A stretch of 22,131 nt of DNA. Source: Promethearchaeia archaeon. Its GTDB lineage: Archaea; Asgardarchaeota; Lokiarchaeia; Sigyniarchaeales; SOKP01. Location of the stretch: positions 1 to 22,131 of the forward strand of contig JAHQWJ010000117.1 in assembly GCA_029856125.1 (NCBI GenBank). Reading direction: 5' to 3'. The notes under the pieces are model-generated. The model ran no database searches. It had not been told where the DNA came from and was given only the letters and a program-made list of their open reading frames with translations. The position numbers were made by a program, and so were the translations under genes. Below are positions 7,892-13,867 of this stretch, one piece after another; within the stretch, counting starts at the first letter, position 1, and each line of letters begins with the position of its first letter.

Positions 7892-9001
7892 TTATATTCT
7901 TCTCCTTCGAATGAAGAAATAGATTATTCCAATAATTACTGCAATAATTGAAGGAATTATTATTACAAGTAAGAAGTTTAATTCAACCACAAATATATCT
8001 TCATTTAACTCTTCTAACGAATCAAAGGTATCTAAGAGTTTAAATGCGTAAAAGGATGCACTGACTGATGATCCTCTTTGATCATTTCCTTCAGCCCAAT
8101 CACCAAAACCACCATCAAGAAAGTTTTGGTGATTTAAAACCCAATTTACTGTAGTAACTCTATTCAATTCACTCTCATCTATTAGCTCAATACCTTTAAC
8201 ACAATAATAAGTACTACTCAACAGAGTATTATCTGCGAGGAAATCGGGTAAATACCCACCGAAATTTGCAGTGTTATCAGGATCATCGATGTAAAAGGAT
8301 TTAAAATAATCTAAAGTCTTAGTTTTGTTGACTAGATCATTAACATCTCCTAGTGCATCGACAAGATAAACGGCAAAATAAGTAGTGACTATTGTGGAAG
8401 TTAAAGATTGATTTCCTCCATAACCACCATCAGTATTATTACATGACAGAACCCAGGTTTTATGGCCTGCCTGGTTTACAACTGCTTCATCTATTATGGC
8501 ATAAATATTATATACAACGAAAGTTGAAATCATATTTGCTGTTGTTGATGTATTTGTGGTGCCAAAACCGCCCCCAACTTGATTAGTTTCATTTAAATAC
8601 TGATAAATATTATTGTGTAGAGTTGAATCTAAAGATGTTCCTAAAGACTCCATTCTGTTAAGAGCGTCTAGATAATATAATAACTTGTATAAATCAATAT
8701 TTCCATCATTAAACATAGTTTGTATTTGATCTGTCAGAAATTCTTTGAATTCCGGGATATCTACACTTTTAGTTGCCTCAAATAAAACTTCCACAGTATA
8801 TGCATTGTAATAATCTATAATTTCTATAGCATATGCTGTATCTTGATCAGCTATACCAAAAGTACCATCAGCATTCTGAGTATCGTAAAGAAAACCAATT
8901 AAGTGGTTCTGCCGGGTTTTCGCTAATGCTACTGGTGTAATACTACTAAGTAAAGTAATAATGAGTATTAGTCCTAGTGATAAATTCCGTTTGTTTTTCA
9001 T
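7892..9001 (-). CDS. Secreted, C-terminally membrane-anchored protein with prenyltransferase/squalene-cyclase (PFTB) repeats (alpha/alpha barrel)
   Basis: Signal peptide MKNKRNLSLGLILIITLLSSITPVALA (ATG 9001 preferred over TTG 9010). Repeats QNADGTFG, NQVGGGFG, NNTDGGYG, NFGGY, QNFLDGGFG. C-terminal TM helix plus RRRRI tail. Confidence 0.8.
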   Translation of the reverse strand: MKNKRNLSLGLILIITLLSSITPVALAKTRQNHLIGFLYDTQNADGTFGIADQDTAYAIEIIDYYNAYTVEVLFEATKSVDIPEFKEFLTDQIQTMFNDGNIDLYKLLYYLDALNRMESLGTSLDSTLHNNIYQYLNETNQVGGGFGTTNTSTTANMISTFVVYNIYAIIDEAVVNQAGHKTWVLSCNNTDGGYGGNQSLTSTIVTTYFAVYLVDALGDVNDLVNKTKTLDYFKSFYIDDPDNTANFGGYLPDFLADNTLLSSTYYCVKGIELIDESELNRVTTVNWVLNHQNFLDGGFGDWAEGNDQRGSSVSASFYAFKLLDTFDSLEELNEDIFVVELNFLLVIIIPSIIAVIIGIIYFFIRRRRI

Positions 9002-9136
9002 TAAATACAAACCCCAATCTGGTTTTAACTAAATTTAATTTTTTAAATTAATTAAAATTAACGATATTTTGAGTTTATAGTTGGATTATCATACAAATTA
9101 CGATAAAATTAAAAATTTGAAAGCAAAATAGTATTG

Positions 9137-10663
9137 CTAAAATATTTCACTTATGTTTTTGTACAAAGCAGCGCTGTTAGTTTTAAATTCTTCATAGGTA
9201 ACGAATAAACTTTGAAACGAGGGAAGTGATCCAAGAATACTAGCACCATTGAAGATCGCAAATTGAAGATTTTCGGGTACAAAAAACCTTACAACCTCAT
9301 CAGAATCCTCATAAAATCCAGAAAATTCCAATGCAGGAGGAGATTGTTTTATTATTTCATTCGGTACCTCTGGTAATGTTTTCGATTGAAAGCTCCCCCC
9401 ACAATAAGGACAAAAAATAGATGCTGCATCTTCTATCTTTTTCTTACAATTTGGACAGTAAATATTACCTTTATCCAACTTAGGTTTCTTAGCTAATGTA
9501 GTGCTGCCAATTGAAAGTTCTGGCAGGATAATTCTTCCGTTACAAGAAGGACAATATTCTTTACCATCAGTTAGATCTACTAAAACCCCACAATGAGGGC
9601 ATGTATCTTCTTTCTTTGCACTTCTTTCTTTTAATTTCATTTTTTGCCTTTCGTTTCTCGAGGTTTTTATTTGTTTAGGTTTTGGTATTTTGCCAAGTTG
9701 AGGGATAGATTGAACTAGTTCTGAGCGTAATCGTTCTTCGAAGCCAGAATATGATAAATTTCCACCCGAAAGCATAATGTGAGACAAAAGGTCGCTCCAG
9801 TAATACTTATCAATTGCTTGAATACTATTAATTACCGCTTGTGGAATATTTAAAATGTTATAACCTAACAAATTTGGTTTGAATAACACTTCGGGAGCTT
9901 CATGAAATAGATAGTTAGGAATATTAATATTTGATCCATCTGGCATAGTGAAGCTAAAGTTATCCTCTAAATTGGGTGGATTTTCAGGATCTAAGGCAAA
10001 AAAACAGTTTTTTTCTTTTATTACTTGTATAATCTCATCTACCGCACTCGACTCAATATTGATTCCCTCTCGCATCAGTAAATTCTTAAGATGCTGATTA
10101 ACATCTGTTCCTGCTAATGTTAATTTTTGGACAGCTTGATCTACAATCTCCCCACTTATAATTGGGCATATCCACGATGTACCATCGCCACTCTCTATTA
10201 CAATTCCAGTTGTTAATCCTACACTAAATAAAGATAATATAGGTGTTGGAATCATTATCAGACTTTTTACTCTATGCGTTTCATACAAAACGCGAGCAAT
10301 ATATTCTTTAGTTTCTTGTTGTAAAAACGGGGGTTCAGTATATAATACTGGATAATTAGAAATATTTTCAATTCGTAGAAGTGTATAGAAGATATAATTC
10401 AAAATTTCATAGTAATCATTCCAATCTATAATCGCACCCCTATCTATTGGGTGTTTAATTTTCAGAACACCTCTCATCTTGGAAGCATCATTTCCTACAT
10501 ATATGTTACGGGCGCTAACATCAACCATAACTGCTTTATATTTTTCAGTACCGGTGATTGTTGGGAATACAAATCTTGGGCTTGGTTCTCCAGCGAATCC
10601 TATTTTTGTATACGCTGAACCAATGTCTACTATAATTGGTGTTCCGGGGAGAGGTATTGCCAT
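9137..10663 (-). CDS. Actin-related protein (Asgard actin family) with a double zinc-ribbon insertion
   Basis: Phosphate-1 IVDIGSAYTKIGFAGE..PRFVFP, PVLYTEPP, phosphate-2 ESGDG, IKEKNCF, MPDG, PEVLFKP, adenosine motif LSGG, C-terminal GASILGSLPSFQ. Four CxxC motifs are inserted before the last strand. Confidence 0.93.
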   Translation of the reverse strand: MAIPLPGTPIIVDIGSAYTKIGFAGEPSPRFVFPTITGTEKYKAVMVDVSARNIYVGNDASKMRGVLKIKHPIDRGAIIDWNDYYEILNYIFYTLLRIENISNYPVLYTEPPFLQQETKEYIARVLYETHRVKSLIMIPTPILSLFSVGLTTGIVIESGDGTSWICPIISGEIVDQAVQKLTLAGTDVNQHLKNLLMREGINIESSAVDEIIQVIKEKNCFFALDPENPPNLEDNFSFTMPDGSNINIPNYLFHEAPEVLFKPNLLGYNILNIPQAVINSIQAIDKYYWSDLLSHIMLSGGNLSYSGFEERLRSELVQSIPQLGKIPKPKQIKTSRNERQKMKLKERSAKKEDTCPHCGVLVDLTDGKEYCPSCNGRIILPELSIGSTTLAKKPKLDKGNIYCPNCKKKIEDAASIFCPYCGGSFQSKTLPEVPNEIIKQSPPALEFSGFYEDSDEVVRFFVPENLQFAIFNGASILGSLPSFQSLFVTYEEFKTNSAALYKNISEIF

Positions 10664-10896
10664 ATGTAATCAATTGTAATTTTTAAGATTATATTAGTAC
10701 AATAATATAATAAAATGATTTTCCCTAATTAAATAATTTTTCCAAAAGAGGACAGATAATTACAATATTATAATAGATGTTTATTGAATCTTATAGTTAT
10801 TTAAATAGTCCTTCCATGATTGATGTCTCGTAACAACTCCAATTGCTAAGTAATTACTGTGTTTTGAAAACCTATTATAAAAATAAACTATATTTC

Positions 10897-11319
10897 TTAA
10901 TCAATTTTGAAGGTTTTTTCGAGTTTCTTTTCGATTTCTTGTAATTCAACTAAGAGGTTTTTATATGTTTTAAGCAAATAGATACCCCATTTGTTCAACT
11001 TTACCCAACCTCCCCCTCCAATACCTCCCTTTTTGGTTTCTACAGGCGATTTCCCAGTTCTCTCTTTTATCTTGTGTAAGATATTCCATGCATATTTGTA
11101 GGAATAGCCGCATTCTTTCGCTGCTTGAGTTAAAGACTTGGGTTCGTTATCGTTTGTCATATAAATACTTTCAAGAAGATTTGCCCATCCAGAGCCTAAA
11201 ATATTTTCACGTTGATTATCTTGAAATTCTAACCAAAATTTAATTCCAAATCCAACCTTCTTTTTCAAATTTTCAATATTAGGCTCTTCGTTCAAGTTTT
11301 TGCTAGAATGCTTTTCCAT
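10897..11319 (-). CDS. ModE-type winged-helix transcriptional regulator (DNA-binding domain only)
   Basis: SLTQAAKECGYSYKYAWNIL...VETKKGGIGGGGWVKLNKWG matches the ModE N-terminal HTH and the GGxxGGG wing. No TOBE/Mop domain. Confidence 0.85.
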   Translation of the reverse strand: MEKHSSKNLNEEPNIENLKKKVGFGIKFWLEFQDNQRENILGSGWANLLESIYMTNDNEPKSLTQAAKECGYSYKYAWNILHKIKERTGKSPVETKKGGIGGGGWVKLNKWGIYLLKTYKNLLVELQEIEKKLEKTFKID

Positions 11320-11425
11320 ATTATTTAATTGGTTTTCTCAATTTTAATTGTTTTTATACGAGTAAAGAGAAAAACATTAAAGTTAAGAGGTGTTTTTTTG
11401 TGTAAAATATTTACCCTGAATAATT

Positions 11426-12178
11426 ATGTTTTTTCCTGATTCCAACAGTTCTGTAAAATTAGGTAGAAGTGTTATTAAAGATGTTTATTATTTCGAGGAA
11501 TCCCCTATGTTAGATTGCAATCAGTTTATACTAGTTGACGACGCTACGGGGGATTTGTCTCTCTTCGATTCTGGCAATGGCATTAGTCTAAAAGGATTAA
11601 TTGAAGGAATGGAAAATTTAGGTTTACATTATCAAAAAATAACGAAGATTTTTCTAACTCATGAACACGTGGATCATGTTCTTGGTCTTTACCCATTAAT
11701 CGAATTATTAAAAAACAATCCGCCTACCATTCATGCTTTTGGAGAAACGGCAAAAATATTAAGAGAGGGGGACGAATCAAAAATTTTTCCGGGTAACCTT
11801 GGAATCAGTCCAGCTATGTTTGGTTTAGAAATTATACCGATAGACATAGTTGATTTGAAATTAGATGAACTCATTCGAATTGGGTCAAATTTTAGCTTGA
11901 AAGTTTTTCATACACCCGGACACTCCCATGGCTCAGTTTGTTATTACGAGGAAACTAAAAAAATTTTGATTCCCGGGGATTTAGTATTTACTGGCGGGAG
12001 TTTTGGAAGATACGATTTTCCTGGAGGGTCCTTAGATTCTCTAATCAATTCAATTAAGTTTGTAAATGATCTAGACGTTAAATATCTACTACCGGGTCAC
12101 ATGAACATAAGTGATAGCGGTAATCAGCAAATAGATTATTCTTATAAGATGGTTCAATCAATGAAAAGCTTTTTCTAA
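11426..12178 (+). CDS. Metallo-beta-lactamase-fold hydrolase (glyoxalase II-like)
   Basis: FDSG, THEHVDH (HxHxDH), HTPGHS, GDLVF..GRYDFPGG, LPGH. Confidence 0.92.
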   Translation: MFFPDSNSSVKLGRSVIKDVYYFEESPMLDCNQFILVDDATGDLSLFDSGNGISLKGLIEGMENLGLHYQKITKIFLTHEHVDHVLGLYPLIELLKNNPPTIHAFGETAKILREGDESKIFPGNLGISPAMFGLEIIPIDIVDLKLDELIRIGSNFSLKVFHTPGHSHGSVCYYEETKKILIPGDLVFTGGSFGRYDFPGGSLDSLINSIKFVNDLDVKYLLPGHMNISDSGNQQIDYSYKMVQSMKSFF

Positions 12179-12351
12179 TTTTTATTAACTTTACGCCTTT
12201 ACATTAACCTTTTAATACTCTTTAGAATCTTAATTCTCTTACCATTTGGTATTTAATTGATAAGAACATTTTTTAACCTAAACTTCTATATTGAAGTTAA
12301 TCACCTCATTTTAAATTAAAAAAATAAATCGAATTAAAAATTGTGAATAAA

Positions 12352-13014
12352 ATGCCTGATACACCACCTAAACCGGTAATTCATGTTTATTTAAGGTCTT
12401 ACCCAAAAGTTATTTTTTTCTGGCCTATGGCACTTGTTTCGTTTGTTCTGTGGCTTCTACAAATGGTTGTTGGCGAACCTGAAGCGGCGTTTGGTAATTT
12501 CTGGCTAATCGTATTTTTCGTTAACATGTTTATCGTTGCTTTCGATTTTAGTAGTTCGAAATTTTTCGTGTTAATTATGGTTGTTGTCGTTGTAGTTTTA
12601 CTGTTGATCTTCTTAGTTCCTGGATTGTTTGCCCCTCCTTCTCCAGGAGGAGGATTTGATCCGGGTTTAACAGCAGAATTTTATTTAGTATGTACTATTA
12701 TAATGGCGATTGTTTTAGGACTCGTTGTTCTGAGTTCAAGATTTGATTACTGGAAAATTGAAAGAAACGAAATTTATCATAAGACAGGAATATTTTCTTC
12801 TGCAGAAAGAATGCCTACAAAAAGCTTAAGAATCAAGAAGGAAATCCCAGATGTGTTTGAATTCTTTATCTTACGCGCAGGATCAATTACACTCATGCCT
12901 GGCCACGGAGATGTTATAAATCTTCCGACAGTACTCAATATTAATAAGAAACAGAAGCAGATAGACTATTTATTAAGCCATGTCTCAATAGAACCAGACG
13001 AATTGGACGCATAA
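12352..13014 (+). CDS. Membrane protein with about 4 TM helices and a C-terminal bacterial-PH-like domain
   Basis: Four hydrophobic segments. The C-terminal YWKIERNEIYHKTGIFSSAERMP...IPDVFEFFILRAGSITL resembles the bPH_2 pattern. ATG 12352 preferred over GTG 12343. Confidence 0.7.
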   Translation: MPDTPPKPVIHVYLRSYPKVIFFWPMALVSFVLWLLQMVVGEPEAAFGNFWLIVFFVNMFIVAFDFSSSKFFVLIMVVVVVVLLLIFLVPGLFAPPSPGGGFDPGLTAEFYLVCTIIMAIVLGLVVLSSRFDYWKIERNEIYHKTGIFSSAERMPTKSLRIKKEIPDVFEFFILRAGSITLMPGHGDVINLPTVLNINKKQKQIDYLLSHVSIEPDELDA

Positions 13015-13060
13015 ATCTACAGAAAATAAAATTCAAATTAAAAATCTAATAACTCCGATA

Positions 13061-13079
13061 TTTTTTTTTTTTTTTTTTT
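13061..13079 (+). terminator. T19 homopolymer, probable oligo-T terminator
   Basis: 19 consecutive T starting 47 nt after the stop codon at 13014. Confidence 0.6.
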
Positions 13080-13122
13080 AATCATTATATTTAAGAATTT
13101 GGCTATATTCTCCTTATTACAT

Positions 13123-13848
13123 ATGGCACATCCCCCAATTTTATTGTTCGATTTCGACGGTTGCGTGATCACCCAAAAATCTCTTGAGTATGCTGCTCTA
13201 GTTCACCTTAAAAAAAACTTTTATAACTGGAGAAACACCGAATCTCTGAGATTAATTGATATAGCAAGACTTTTTGAGGAAGGCGATTCAAAGAACAAAA
13301 TCAAGGCTATTATCAATGTTTACAGAGTATTCAAGAATTACATTCCGAGTAGATGGAAAAGAATTTTATTTTTTATAAGGTTTAGGAGGATGTATCCTAA
13401 ATATGAGAAGTATGAAACTCTAAAACCAAAACTGAGAGAAACTTTAACCGATTTACAAAAAAATGGTGTCAAATTTGGGATTGTGTCAAATACGAGCGGT
13501 GAGCGGTTAACATTATTTAGAAATAGACTAAGCTTAGACGAGTATTTCTCTGTTTATGTTTCCCGCGACGATACACCTGTAAGAAAACCTCACGGTCATC
13601 CCATTATTATAGCCTTACAACAACTTAAGAAGGAAGTAGGAACTCCAATTGAAAAAAATAGTGTTTATCTAATCGGAGACCTTCCTACAGATATCGAATG
13701 TGCTCATAACGCAGGAGTTAAGAGTATTGCATTACTTTCTGGTCATGGTACTAAATTGAGCTTAGAAAAAGCAAATCCAACAATAATCCTTCGGGATATT
13801 GAGGATATATTAGAGATTGACCCTTTCAAAAAATTATTATTAGGTTAA
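13123..13848 (+). CDS. HAD-superfamily hydrolase (subfamily IA, phosphoglycolate-phosphatase-like)
   Basis: Motif I LLFDFDG, II IVSN, III RKPH, IV LIGDLPTD..AHNAG. ATG 13123 preferred over TTG 13099. Confidence 0.9.
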   Translation: MAHPPILLFDFDGCVITQKSLEYAALVHLKKNFYNWRNTESLRLIDIARLFEEGDSKNKIKAIINVYRVFKNYIPSRWKRILFFIRFRRMYPKYEKYETLKPKLRETLTDLQKNGVKFGIVSNTSGERLTLFRNRLSLDEYFSVYVSRDDTPVRKPHGHPIIIALQQLKKEVGTPIEKNSVYLIGDLPTDIECAHNAGVKSIALLSGHGTKLSLEKANPTIILRDIEDILEIDPFKKLLLG

Positions 13849-13867
13849 ACATTATAAATCGTTAATA

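Noticed and set aside
9300-9700. Actin insertion as an intein or intron
   Set aside because: No intein splice-junction signature (N-terminal C/S, C-terminal HN followed by C/S/T) and no homing-endonuclease motif. The insert is in frame and encodes coherent zinc ribbons.
10805-10865. Slightly GC-richer patch upstream of the actin gene, considered as a C/D sRNA or small ORF
   Set aside because: No proper C box/D box (CTGA) pair, no stable stem, and the open minus-strand frame has no start codon.
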